A stretch of DNA of 64,000 nt. It comes from Vulcanimicrobiota bacterium (lineage in GTDB: Bacteria; Vulcanimicrobiota; Vulcanimicrobiia; Vulcanimicrobiales; Vulcanimicrobiaceae). The notes below the pieces were generated by a model. It made no database searches. It saw only the letters and a list, made by a program, of their open reading frames with translations, and had not been told where the DNA came from. This document shows positions 49,401 through 58,289 of this stretch, in pieces. The position numbers and the translations under genes were made by a program. The stretch spans positions 194,999 through 258,998 of the forward strand of contig CAWAXX010000012.1 of the NCBI GenBank assembly GCA_963786105.1. Direction: 5' to 3'. Position 1 is the stretch's first letter. The number at the start of each line of letters is the position of its first letter.

Positions 49401-49974
49401 GATCCGCGGCGAGGATTCGATGGGCATAGGCGATCGCCGCGTTGAATTCGCGATTCGCTCGATGTCGATCGATCGATTGGTTCAGAAGGGCCAGGTATCG
49501 CGACCGCAAGCGTTCGCGCTCCGCGAGCACCCAATCGTCGTAAACGTCTTCTAGCAGGTCGCCCACGTAGAGGTCGATTGCTCGTGCGTGCGTTTCGGCG
49601 TTCGCGCCAAAACGCTCGAACTCCACAACGTCGACGAACGCGTTCGCGCCCTCGTTCCAGCGAACGGTTTCCGAGTCGACGAGGAGCCACGGGCCGGTAT
49701 CACGCGCCGGAAGCGCCTTGTTCGCGAGGTAGAGATAACGGCGAAGCTCCGCGAGCGCGGCGGCCTCGTCGGCTTCCGGAAAGAGCAAGTACGCAAGGGA
49801 TTCGCGCGAAATCGGGCGGCCGCGCTGGAGCAGGACGCAGGCTAGCATCGCAAGCGTAGTAGAACGCTTCGCGAACTTGAGCGGCGCGCCGGCGAAGCTG
49901 ACGTTTGCATGGCCGAACAGGCGAACCTCGAGTTGGCCGTCAACTGCCATGCCCGGCGGCTTCTGCGTGCCCAT
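46486..49974 (-). CDS. SARP/BTAD + AAA/STAND ATPase + TPR transcriptional regulator
   Basis: BTAD (DLYVGDLLE…W…ERERL, DPWRE), Walker A GEAGVGKT, LEDLHWA, GNALF, TPR tail. Confidence 0.9.
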   Translation of the reverse strand: MGTQKPPGMAVDGQLEVRLFGHANVSFAGAPLKFAKRSTTLAMLACVLLQRGRPISRESLAYLLFPEADEAAALAELRRYLYLANKALPARDTGPWLLVDSETVRWNEGANAFVDVVEFERFGANAETHARAIDLYVGDLLEDVYDDWVLAERERLRSRYLALLNQSIDRHRANREFNAAIAYAHRILAADPWREDTLRTLVALRYESGDTAGALAEYDRFAKRLRDELAVAPMPETVALRQSILRNDVLPGSLQRTIPAEGLAGGLTRVLPFVGRRRELAKLRAAWTRAARGAGAFVLLSGEAGVGKTRLASELARVVQSEGGRVLIGTTAAPESTPYQAIIEALRSGLPLLLARPPARARRSTLARLLPELRDPNVSEVELPQQSPERETSRTYDALSHAVCGLASPRPLLLVLEDLHWAGSASVEALGAIARELTRVPILVLATCRDEDTPIDHLLRTLQRSLQVFDYVEEVQLERLEEADVEELVDGIEALRNGGSVLAQALYAQSEGNALFLDEAISVELEKDRALADSPPESVSGLIAARLAHLGDEARTVAEIAAVAGVGFTISMIREVSNVPAATVARGLDELLDRRILREAGARARHDYVFNHHLITESMYDTIDPSLRSQRHSRIARFLETTYRDHEGAPVREIARHYERSGDTGRSADWYCKAARLAAEIHAYGDAVDLATRALENALSDDVRAAALDVREKARGRRGDRNGQRDDIDALQRLARAPRDLFDVLKRRVLLARSLGESEEEGRLIGEMGVVAESLAEDDARAQTLAEAATHAGLCSRPSEGLAAAHTALAIYERLGDLRGQLECLYLLVDFTSNIGDIEESRAHLTRMRERASSLADRSVEARALAVAATAHLLRQEYQECFELTERALALQLAINDREGEAASRGRLAVTAAWLADYKASLREFDFALNAYESIGNKRGLAITHTNRTLLLMRLGLFREALLSIERSNAYFETVQEARTVVANQVNASFANLHLGDAPAARALAASALTTAREIAYPVFEAAALANLGNAERALGEFDAAIEHMRAGVEIRRPIQEARDFVDDLADLILGYVGAGRIEDAHATACELRQLAESGLGGAFWPHYVWWAIGQGFAAAGAREDAAAAASQARDRLRDFGNAIVDVETRRAFLSVGVNARIAAGR

Positions 49975-50038
49975 CTTACCGCACCGATTCCCAGGTTACG
50001 ATGCCGGCTCCCTGCGGTAAGAAGGCCCGGAACGTCGG

Positions 50039-50236
50039 TTAGGGCGGGTCATCGAGAGCGTCGTGCTCGTTGAGATGGCCGGCGATATAGTCGGCAATCT
50101 CGCCGGGGCCGGTGACGTAAAATTTCCGGCCGCTTACGACATCCTGAATCGAACCGCGCCAAGCATCGCGCCGCGGCGGACTTCGTTCCAACCACATCCG
50201 CACCAAGAAAACTCGCTCGTCGCGTCCAGAGGTCAC
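50039..50236 (-). CDS. Small hypothetical protein
   Basis: GTG 50236; VFLVRMW…WRGSIQDVVSGRKFY; upstream of the BTAD regulator. Confidence 0.55.
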   Translation of the reverse strand: MTSGRDERVFLVRMWLERSPPRRDAWRGSIQDVVSGRKFYVTGPGEIADYIAGHLNEHDALDDPP

Positions 50237-50256
50237 GCGTTGCAGTTTTCGACGGC

Positions 50257-50613
50257 TCAGAGGTGCGGGAACGCCGGAACGTAGGAGACGATGGTTCCCC
50301 CGTGATCTTGGATCACGATCGAACCCCCGGGACAGGTATATTTCACGGCGCCGGACCGTTCTATTCGCGAGCACGATTTAGGCGCATTGGATTGATACCA
50401 GAGGTCGACGACATGTACAGAGTCGGTGGTCGTTTGTTGGTACGGAATGCCTTGGGCCAGCGCGTTCGATGGAATGTCTCCCATCCCCTGAGAGGCGATG
50501 CCGTGCGGATACAACGGCAGCTGACCGTCGCGCTCGACGGCCAGCGCAGGTTGAGACAGCACGACGCAGCAGAGGGCCAGCGAGGCGGCCGGAATTCCCA
50601 AGAGTTTTATCAT
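50257..50613 (-). CDS. Small secreted hypothetical protein
   Basis: Signal peptide (…PALA), LPLYP motif, two Cys. Confidence 0.65.
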   Translation of the reverse strand: MIKLLGIPAASLALCCVVLSQPALAVERDGQLPLYPHGIASQGMGDIPSNALAQGIPYQQTTTDSVHVVDLWYQSNAPKSCSRIERSGAVKYTCPGGSIVIQDHGGTIVSYVPAFPHL

Positions 50614-50752
50614 GCCGTCAGTCTACACCGTCGTCGTGCGCGAGCCGTGCGCGCGTGCGACTGAACCATGGCATGACGATCGCAGTGCTTCATCGGGATG
50701 CAGAGGCGAACGCGAAGGTAGAGAAGGCCCTGATGAGAAGATTCTGCTTCTG

Positions 50753-51656
50753 ATGAAAGTGCGGTCGGAACGCGAGAACGTCAACCCCACGGTCGAATGC
50801 ACGGATTCTCCGCTAGGGTGCTGGACGGTTGCGCGGTGGACGCCGCCGCTTTCTTCGCGACTCTTCTCCCTCGTAGAGCGGATCTGGTATTTCGATGGTA
50901 CGATGGTGCACGCCAAGGAACGCGTCTTTCCCGACGGTCGCGCCGAAATTATCCGTAATGCTCGACGAGCCGCACCGCGACGGCGACGCGGAGACGCTTC
51001 CCGCGTTTCCTGCCGTCTGCATCAACGGACTCCGAACGCGGCCGTCCGTGGTAGTCGCTCCCCCAGGGCGCTGTCGCGTTCTGGGCATCGTCCTCGAGCC
51101 GCTTGGCGCGTGCACGCTCCTGCGCGCATCGCTCGCGGACCTGGCCGATGCGACGATCGATCTGCGCGATGCGCTTGGACGAGCGGCCGACGAACTTGGA
51201 AACCGGTGTACCGACGGCGTCGCAACCTCGGCCTGGAATCCAGCTCGTAACGGCGTTGCGGTCGTCCGAACTGCGGCCGAATGGGCGCTCGACCGTATGA
51301 GTCAAGGAGCTGTGGTCGATTCGGTGATTCATTGGGCAGCGTGCACGATTCGTAGCAATCGCGGCGTCCTATCGGTGAACGGGATTGGATCCACGCTTCG
51401 CTTGTCTCGCTCGCAGCTCGCGGAGCGTTTTCGCAGTCGGGTCGGCGTCACGCCCAAGCGCTTCGCTCGCATCGTGCGTTTCCACAACGCCCTCTCGATG
51501 CTGGAGCAGGTCCAGAGCATCGCATCGGTAGCTACCGAGCTATCATATTACGATCAAGCGCATATGTACCGCGATTTCGACGACTTTGCCGGCATGACGC
51601 CGGGGGCGTTCCTAGCCGCACGCCGGTACGCTGGGTCATCAAGCTTAGCCGAATAG
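50753..51656 (+). pseudogene. AraC-family regulator with a single-base frameshift
   Basis: The N-terminal frame (…VERIWYFDG…VFPDGRAEII) joins the C-terminal frame (VMLD…GVTPKRFARIVRF…YYDQAH) if one C at ~50954 is removed. Confidence 0.8.
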
Positions 51657-51668
51657 CTGTCATTTTTC

Positions 51669-51697
51669 CAAGACACCGTCCCAGGCTTGGGTATAAT
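51669..51697 (+). promoter_or_regulatory. Promoter of the VOC gene, probably leaderless
   Basis: CAAGAC-17 bp-TATAAT, then 6 nt to ATG 51704; no SD. Confidence 0.6.
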
Positions 51698-51703
51698 GAC
51701 CTT

Positions 51704-52129
51704 ATGAAAACTACGGAGACAGCAGTCATGCAGAGAATCTATCCATCCGTCCGCTATAACGACGCGAAGGCCGCCATCGCCTGGCTCAAATCCGCCTTGG
51801 GATTCGAGGAGCACGTCATTTACCTGGGCGAGGACGATAGCGTGGCCCATGCGCAGCTAGCGCTCGGCGGAAACCTTATCATGCTCGGAAGCGTGAAGGA
51901 CGACCCCTACGGAAAGAGCCCGGCAAGTCTTGGCGGTGTCACTGGTGGGGTCTACATCGCGTTCGACACGCCTGCTGAAATCGATGCCTGTTACGCTCGT
52001 GCAAAGGCCGCCGGCGCCGAAATCGTTCGCGAGCTCTGCGACACGGACTATGAGTCACATGAGTTCGGCACTCGAGACCCCGAAGGTCACGTCTGGAGCT
52101 TCGGCACCTATGGCCCTCAGGCTTCTTGA
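51704..52129 (+). CDS. VOC/glyoxalase-bleomycin-resistance family protein
   Basis: YNDAKAAIAWL…LGF, HAQL, DPEGHVWSFGTY. Confidence 0.9.
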   Translation: MKTTETAVMQRIYPSVRYNDAKAAIAWLKSALGFEEHVIYLGEDDSVAHAQLALGGNLIMLGSVKDDPYGKSPASLGGVTGGVYIAFDTPAEIDACYARAKAAGAEIVRELCDTDYESHEFGTRDPEGHVWSFGTYGPQAS

Positions 52130-52141
52130 CCGGCAGACGCG

Positions 52142-54229
52142 CTAATTACAGCACGTGATGTTGCCGGAGATCTTGTTGTGGACGCTGCCGGGTTTTACGA
52201 CGATCGGGTGACCGGAGTTCGGCAGTACGTACTTCCCCGCCTTATTCAAACCGATCCAGTTGTCGATTACCGACGTGTAGCTGCTCCCCTTGTCTAACGT
52301 TACGCCGTTGCCGACATTCCCGCTGACGAGATTCTTCTTGGGTTTCTTTGGATCGGTGCTGGTCCCGCCGATGACGTTGTGGGCGGCATAGGCTCCGACG
52401 TAGATTCCGCCCTGCTGGTTGGATAGTGCCAGCTTGCCGATCACGTCGACGCCGATAAAGTTGTTGAAGATCTGATTGTCGTGGGCGCCGTCCACAAGCG
52501 CGAGGCCGTATCCGAGGTTGCCCGAGAACGTATTTTGCGGGATGACCGAGTGGTAGTAGTCGCCGATGAAGTTGCCGTGCGCGGTACCGTCGAGAAGCAC
52601 GCCGTCATTTCCGTTCGGCAAGAGGCTATCGCCCTTCGTACTAAGCCCGACGATATCCGGACCGATCGTCACGCCGGCTGCATCTCCGCCGATTTCGATT
52701 CCGTTGTTCATATTTCCGGAGAAGACGTTGGTGCGCGCGAGCTGGTTGCCGCCGGTGGCGGTGACGAGCAGTCCATCGTTTCCGTTCGGAGCGGCACCTT
52801 TAAAAGCTAGAAGACCGCCGAACGTGTTGAACGTTATGAAGCCCGCGGCGGTGCCGGCGACCTCGATGCCGTTGCGCACGTTCCCCGCCGAAACGTTTCC
52901 GAGCGGAATTACACCGCCGACCTGGGTGTTCTGGGAGAATCCGTCGACGAGAATACCGTCGCCGTTATTCGCAACGACGGTCGAGTTGTTGGCGCCAGTG
53001 CCGAAGAAGTTGCCTTGGACGACGACGCCGTCCGAGTTGGTAATGTGAAGGCCGTTCCCCAGATTTCCACTCATGACGTTGTAATACACGAACGGGTTGT
53101 TGCGGAACTTACAACCGATCAGCGAGTTGCTCGCGGCGCGAGCGATGCGGACGCCATCGCCGGAATTCGCAATCGCTCCGTCTCCGTCCGCCGTAGTGCC
53201 GATGAAGTTGCCGTTAAGGATGTTTCCTTGCGAGCCTTTGTCGATGAGAATACCATTTTTTGCGTTGCCGGAGACGAGATTTCCATCGGGGGGAACCACG
53301 AATACCGGAGTGACCGTCCCCTTGCTTCCCGTCGGATTGTTCGCCTGGCCGGTCGCACTATCGACGAATCTCGTTCCACCGATCTCGTTGTCGCTCGACC
53401 TCGCCGTTATCCACATGCCGTTTTGGCCGTTGGCAATCGCGAAATTTCCTTTCGCATCGGTGCCGACGCGGTTGGCGGCGATGACGTTACCGGATGACGC
53501 GTGAAGGCTCAAGCCGTTGCCGCCGTTGCCGGAGATCACGTTTGCTACGGTACCCGATGCGCCGATTCGATTGACACCGATTCGGTTGTTGGACGAGTGA
53601 GCGGAGACGTAAATGCCGTCGGCCACGTTCCCGGCGGCCGCACCCTTCAAGTTTAAGCCGATATAGTTGAGGTTGAGTGTAATCGAGGCGGCATTCAGCG
53701 TTACGCCATTGCTCTTGGCGCGGCATATCGCGAGAGCCAGCAGCTTCGAGCCGTCGGAGCCCGTTTCAAAAACTACGCCGGAGTGGCCGTCGGCGTCGAT
53801 CTCGACCAGCGGTCGCCCGGCGTAGCCCGGCGCGGTCGATCCGTCGATCGTAACGGGCGTGGTGATTGCAGGCAGATCACTTGCCAGCGCTATGGTCCCG
53901 GGTACGCCGAACGTGATGACGGCACGCATGGCCTGCCGCGCGTTGACCGTTAGAATCGCCGCGCGCAGCGAGCCGGTCCCGGCATCGTTCACGTTCGTTA
54001 CCGCGACCGTGATTGCCGGGCGCGTCCTCTTGGTCGAGCTCGTCGCTCCGATAGGCGAACTGAGGCCGCTCGCGACGGGAGGCACCGCATTGAGCGGCGT
54101 TCCCTTCGACGCGCAACCCGACATCACCGATGTGCCGATCAATGTCAGCGCAGCCCCCGCCAATACATAGCGAAGCCGCAGTGCGGAAACGATCACGACA
54201 CCCTCCTCTGAAGGGTAGATGCCACCCAA
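52142..54229 (-). CDS. Secreted parallel beta-helix repeat protein (start uncertain)
   Basis: Signal/lipobox (…MSGC), DAGTGSLRAAI, repeated N[VL][IV]SGN…GNFIG units. Confidence 0.8.
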   Translation of the reverse strand: MGGIYPSEEGVVIVSALRLRYVLAGAALTLIGTSVMSGCASKGTPLNAVPPVASGLSSPIGATSSTKRTRPAITVAVTNVNDAGTGSLRAAILTVNARQAMRAVITFGVPGTIALASDLPAITTPVTIDGSTAPGYAGRPLVEIDADGHSGVVFETGSDGSKLLALAICRAKSNGVTLNAASITLNLNYIGLNLKGAAAGNVADGIYVSAHSSNNRIGVNRIGASGTVANVISGNGGNGLSLHASSGNVIAANRVGTDAKGNFAIANGQNGMWITARSSDNEIGGTRFVDSATGQANNPTGSKGTVTPVFVVPPDGNLVSGNAKNGILIDKGSQGNILNGNFIGTTADGDGAIANSGDGVRIARAASNSLIGCKFRNNPFVYYNVMSGNLGNGLHITNSDGVVVQGNFFGTGANNSTVVANNGDGILVDGFSQNTQVGGVIPLGNVSAGNVRNGIEVAGTAAGFITFNTFGGLLAFKGAAPNGNDGLLVTATGGNQLARTNVFSGNMNNGIEIGGDAAGVTIGPDIVGLSTKGDSLLPNGNDGVLLDGTAHGNFIGDYYHSVIPQNTFSGNLGYGLALVDGAHDNQIFNNFIGVDVIGKLALSNQQGGIYVGAYAAHNVIGGTSTDPKKPKKNLVSGNVGNGVTLDKGSSYTSVIDNWIGLNKAGKYVLPNSGHPIVVKPGSVHNKISGNITCCN

Positions 54230-54315
54230 GGAGTCCCCTTCGACCGACTAACTGTACCGTAAGGTCGCTGCTTCGGCAACACGAAGGAGGGATTTATGGC
54301 ATAGGGCCGACGACA

Positions 54316-54344
54316 TTGACAGCAGGACCGTCAGCGGCTAGGGT
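54316..54344 (+). promoter_or_regulatory. Sigma70 promoter of tRNA-Glu
   Basis: TTGACA-17 bp-TAGGGT, 11 nt before the tRNA. Confidence 0.65.
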
Positions 54345-54355
54345 TTTGAGGTCGC

Positions 54356-54430
54356 GGCGCCATCGTCTATCGGTTAGGACATCGCCCTTTCAAGGCGGAA
54401 AGACGGGTTCGATTCCCGTTGGCGCTACCA
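54356..54430 (+). tRNA. tRNA-Glu (TTC)
   Basis: GGCGCCA…TGGCGCT-A-CCA, anticodon arm TCGCC-CTTTCAA-GGCGG, T-arm ACGGG-TTCGATT-CCCGT. Confidence 0.95.
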
Positions 54431-54433
54431 CCG

Positions 54434-54458
54434 AAAGCCCGTAACCACGGGCTTTTTT
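54434..54458 (+). terminator. Rho-independent terminator after tRNA-Glu
   Basis: AAAGCCCGT-AACC-ACGGGCTTTTTT. Confidence 0.8.
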
Positions 54459-54465
54459 CGTTGTC

Positions 54466-54495
54466 GCTGCACCGACGTTGCACCGCTGTTGCACC
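54466..54495. repeat. Integrase arm-type-like repeats
   Basis: G[CT]TGCACC three times at 11-bp spacing; the same motif recurs at 63862-63880. Confidence 0.55.
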
Positions 54496-54499
54496 GAGG

Positions 54500-54875
54500 G
54501 ATTCAAAACGGCGCCTGCGGGAGCGCCGAAGGCGTCGTTCACGGCCCGACCAAGTGCAGCGTCAAGACGCAGCGCGGCGTCGGACTGCAGAGCCTCGATC
54601 GCGTGCACATATATACGCGACGTAATCGCCGCCGACTCGTGCCCGAGGGCGCGCGATACCGTTTGCAGGTCGGCTCCGGCCGCCATCAATAGGGTTCCGA
54701 AGCTATGCCGCAGGTCGTGGAAACGCACGTGCGGCAGGCGCGAACGTTTGACGAGGCGCGCGAAGTGGAGTGAGAAAGCACCCGGTTCCCACGGCGTCGC
54801 ATCCGCGCGGTCGAATACCCATCCCTCGTCATTGCGGCCGAGGCCGAGCACGAGGCGCCGTTCGAGGCCTTCCAC
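54500..54875 (-). pseudogene. 5'-truncated tyrosine integrase
   Basis: RFHDLRHS…VSRALGHE…TSRIYVH (HxxR, H, Y); N-terminal half absent; adjacent to tRNA-Glu. Confidence 0.9.
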
Positions 54876-54980
54876 TCGTCGTTTCCTTACGGGCTCGATG
54901 GATCAGCTACGATCGCGCAGCCCGTACAGATGTTGCGGCGACTCGGCGGTATCATTGCACAGAGCGGCGAACGCGGAAGT

Positions 54981-55502
54981 ATGAATGACGTGTTTCTTTC
55001 GTCTTTGTTGGCGAGGCTTATCTGCACGTTCAGCCTCGTCGTTTTCTTCACTTCCCAGCTCGCACTCGGGCGTGCTGATTCGGGGTCAGAGTTCACGGGT
55101 GGTTGGTTCCGATTGAAGACGCAGTTCCAAGGAGAGGGCAAGTGCCTGGAGGGCAACGGAGCCGGGAAACCTGCTTTCATGGACAAGTGCCAGAACGCGA
55201 CGGGACAGTTCTGGAAGTTAGTCCCCCAGGCAAACGGATACTATCGCCTCAAAACGCAGTTCCAAGGAGAGGGTAAGTGCCTGGAGGGCAACGGAGCCGG
55301 TAAACCTGCTTTCATGGACAACTGCCAAAATGCGACGGGACAGTTCTGGAAGTTAGTCCCGCACGCTAATGATTATTATCGCCTCAAAACGCAGTTCCAA
55401 GGAGAGGGCAAGTGCCTGGAGGGCAACGGAGCCGGTAAACCTGTTTTCATGGACAACTGCCAGAACGCGACGGGACAGTTCTGGAAGTTAGTCCCCCGTT
55501 GA
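54981..55502 (+). CDS. Secreted ricin-B-type beta-trefoil protein of three near-identical 45-aa repeats
   Basis: 135-bp DNA repeats (GCAGTTCCAAGGAGAGG at 55121, 55256, 55391); each has KCL…C…QFW; signal peptide. Confidence 0.85.
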   Translation: MNDVFLSSLLARLICTFSLVVFFTSQLALGRADSGSEFTGGWFRLKTQFQGEGKCLEGNGAGKPAFMDKCQNATGQFWKLVPQANGYYRLKTQFQGEGKCLEGNGAGKPAFMDNCQNATGQFWKLVPHANDYYRLKTQFQGEGKCLEGNGAGKPVFMDNCQNATGQFWKLVPR

Positions 55503-55575
55503 CGCTGCTAAGATGTTATTGTTTACTCGCTAGAAAGAGCCGCCCGTTGTGTGCGAGCGGCTCGATTCCACCATG

Positions 55576-56607
55576 CTAGTGAGGAACGCACTCCGGATCA
55601 CGGAGAATGTCGATGAACCCGTTGTGTACGTCATCCCTGTTCGGGAAAGGGTTCCGCTGAAAGTCCACGCGGCAGGCGCCGGGTTCCGCGTAGCTCGACC
55701 CGCCTCCACCAGAACCTTCGATGCCCTTATCGTGGTTCGAATCTGGATTGTTGCCGGTGCCGCCGCCGCCGCCAAACCAGCCGCCGCCGCCGCCGCCGCC
55801 AGGGTTTTCTAAACGCACATCACGGGAATCTTGTCCCGAACCGCCGACACCCTTAACGCCGGGCTGCCCAGAGTTATCACCAATCTTTCCGCCGGCGCCG
55901 CCGTGTGTCTGAGTGCCGCCCTGACCGCCGCCCTCGCCGTCGTATTCCGAGTCGCCGTGCTGACCCGTAAGATTCCCGCCGTCGCCCGCGGGCCAATGGG
56001 ATTTACGGAAACCGGCAACACCGTTTTGGCCACCGCCACCGCCAGCGACGATCACGCGTTGGTCCAACGTGCCATCGACGCCGCCCCTGCGCACGTCCGA
56101 TGCACCGCCCCCGCCGTAACCCCAACTGATGGCACACCTCAAAAAAATACATGCATGATGTACTGAACCCCCATCTCCTCCGCCGTTATAGCCTCCTTTG
56201 CCTCCTGCACAATGCTCGTGAATATCGCAATCACCGTCGCTTCCTGCGCCTCCCACAAACATGCCTAACTTTTCGCCCGGGTCTACATTAATCGTGGCAT
56301 AGGTTCGCGCGCCTGGGGCTCCAAGGTAATATGCGGAACCTCGCGCGCCGTAAACCACGATTCGCAGGGCATGGACGCCAGAGGGCACCGTATAGGACTG
56401 GGGGCTCCCGGTAAAATGGAAGCGTGCTATCACATCGGACGGAGCAACGCCGTCGTCGCGCGCAGCCGTTCGCAACTGTGGGTCAGCCGCAACAAGGGAC
56501 GCTGCGCCGCCGGAGAGCGGGCTTGCCGGTAAGGATTTACTGCCGCCGCAGGCGGCCAGGAGCGCCGCGCTCAGGCACGCGACGAGTAGAATGGACGTTC
56601 GTTTCAT
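55576..56607 (-). CDS. Glycine-rich lipoprotein (ALK/LTK-like Gly-rich domain)
   Basis: Lipobox LAAC; FTGSPQSYTVP, GGGGASDVR, IVAGGGGG, GGGGSSY. Confidence 0.8.
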   Translation of the reverse strand: MKRTSILLVACLSAALLAACGGSKSLPASPLSGGAASLVAADPQLRTAARDDGVAPSDVIARFHFTGSPQSYTVPSGVHALRIVVYGARGSAYYLGAPGARTYATINVDPGEKLGMFVGGAGSDGDCDIHEHCAGGKGGYNGGGDGGSVHHACIFLRCAISWGYGGGGASDVRRGGVDGTLDQRVIVAGGGGGQNGVAGFRKSHWPAGDGGNLTGQHGDSEYDGEGGGQGGTQTHGGAGGKIGDNSGQPGVKGVGGSGQDSRDVRLENPGGGGGGGWFGGGGGTGNNPDSNHDKGIEGSGGGGSSYAEPGACRVDFQRNPFPNRDDVHNGFIDILRDPECVPH

Positions 56608-56921
56608 TTGAATTTCAACTCCGTGTCGGATGCCGCGCCTGCTACGGATCGCCTGGAGAGCAGCGTTATCGAAGCCTAAGCCAAGATCGCAGGCTGCTTT
56701 CAAGGGGCTGCCACGCCAGAAAACTTGAATGCAAAAACCTAAGCTCGGCGCTTCAGGAAAGCCCCTGGTTGCCACCTTGCAACTTTTCGCTGCTTTTGTC
56801 AACGCAAGGCAAGCGCGCAGGGCTCGAATTCGCGACACGTCGAGCTGCGGTGCCTGCCGGGATGATCGCAGGTGGTTTGGGCTCGAATCGGGTTGGCGAT
56901 GCGGATCGAACCCAAGCGTCC

Positions 56922-57195
56922 TTACCTCTTAGTAAGCGCAGTAAACGCCTCCCAATGCCTGGGATGCGGAACGCGCGTTCCGGCGCGAATCCGCACAGAC
57001 CGCGAGCGATGGACCCGAAGCCTTGGCGATCTGGCTTAGCGAATAGCCGTCGAGCCTCGGCACGACTTCGCGCACGAATCACGCTCGATCGCGCGACTCG
57101 GATTCGGCGCCTCGCGCCCACTCGCGATTGCGGCGATGCAGCTCGACGTTGGCCTCGCCGCGCTTGCGTCCGGCCCGATCGCTCGCGCGTCTCAT
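56922..57195 (-). pseudogene. Decayed HTH C-terminus resembling solo-Cas1 tails (copy 1)
   Basis: RKRGEAN…RNREWAR…RDRA*FVREVVPRLDGYSLSQIAKASG…[frameshift]RIRAGTRVPHPRHWEA; homologous to 63581-63715. Confidence 0.6.
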
Positions 57196-57580
57196 TGCGA
57201 GCGGATGACGTATCCGCCCGGTAGGAAATGGTAAAAAAAAATTCCATTGTGCCCAAGCTGGTGCGGCTCTGGTTTTGGGGCTCAGTGGGGGCCGCCCGGC
57301 AAAAGACAAGCGTTACGCTTGAAATCGGGGCCGGGGCCGGCTTGCTCGCCCGTCGAAATCGAAATGTATGCGCTTCTACAATCCGGTTACTGATCAAGTC
57401 CGCGGCAACTTCACGATCGTAGCGGACGATGAGAGCATGACTTGGGAGACCGATCCGCTGGGACGCGAACCTTCGCAGTATGGGGAACCGCGCTTTTTTG
57501 CTCGTGAGGGAGGCGGTAAGGGAAAGCGTTTCACTGTGCTTCCCGGCGGCAAAATTCAAGCGACCCCGTAGACGTGCAAG

Positions 57581-57801
57581 TGAAACTCGTCTTCTTAGCC
57601 ATCTGGCGCGTCATGGTTGGGATCGCTATCTTGGCGCTTTTCGTCGGCCTCGATGCGCTTGACGGCTACGGCCGCCTTCGGTCGAACTTTGATACTTGGC
57701 ATGGTGGGACACTCTGCGAGGGCGGAGTTCCTCATGTATCGCTCGGAGACGCTCTCCTCGAACCAGTCGGGTTCGTTACATGCACTCTTCCTGAACGGTA
57801 A
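57581..57801 (+). CDS. Small hypothetical membrane protein
   Basis: ORF with an N-terminal hydrophobic helix; family not recognised. Confidence 0.35.
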
Positions 57802-58060
57802 TATCGTCGCAGGCGCATACTCGCGCTTTGACAATGGCCGTGCGCGAGCCTGGCGTGGCCTAGGAGGCCTGTAATCAACGGCGGACGAGCACAGGTCGAT
57901 GCAGTCGGCGAAAGGCATTGCGCCGTGAACCGACTCGCGGTTGCCAAACGGTTGCCGTCAATGGCAACCACGGGTGCCCACGTGCGACCGTCCGGCCCTG
58001 CGAAAACTCTGATTTCATGCGGCTTTTTGACCGTCGGTGACCAGCGACGACCACGCACGG

Positions 58061-58088
58061 GCGGATTCGAATCCCGCTGGGGCTACCA
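58061..58088 (+). other. tRNA 3'-end fragment (att-like site)
   Basis: GCGGATTCGAATCCCGCTGGGGCTACCA = T-arm + acceptor 3' strand + CCA with no 5' half; similar but not identical to the tRNA-Glu 3' end. Confidence 0.75.
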
Positions 58089-58289
58089 AGGAAACCCTTC
58101 GCAATAGGCATTCCCGAGCATTGCGTGACCTAGGACGCGCGCGATCGGCAACCTGTCTGCGAATATGAGTTGAATCGAGGCACTTCACGCGCATAACGGG
58201 TGACGTGCAGCCGGCGTGAGTCGCGCGCGCAATAAGTTTAAGAACTGCCACGGTGACGCAGCATTGCGGGATAGATACCGTATTCCGCG

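Noticed and set aside
42068..54350. attR copy of the tRNA(CAT) 3' end delimiting an island
   Set aside because: No duplicate of the tRNA 3' end found, so the island's right boundary cannot be placed
54390..54500. Integrase ORF reading through into the antisense tRNA-Glu
   Set aside because: Expected consequence of att recombination or a lost stop; the tail is not integrase-like and the gene is truncated
55100..55500. Regular direct repeats as a possible CRISPR array or DGR template
   Set aside because: 135-bp in-frame coding repeats with no unique spacers; no reverse transcriptase or cas operon in the window
57368..57571. 67-aa ORF inside the island
   Set aside because: No RBS or recognisable family; may be a fragment
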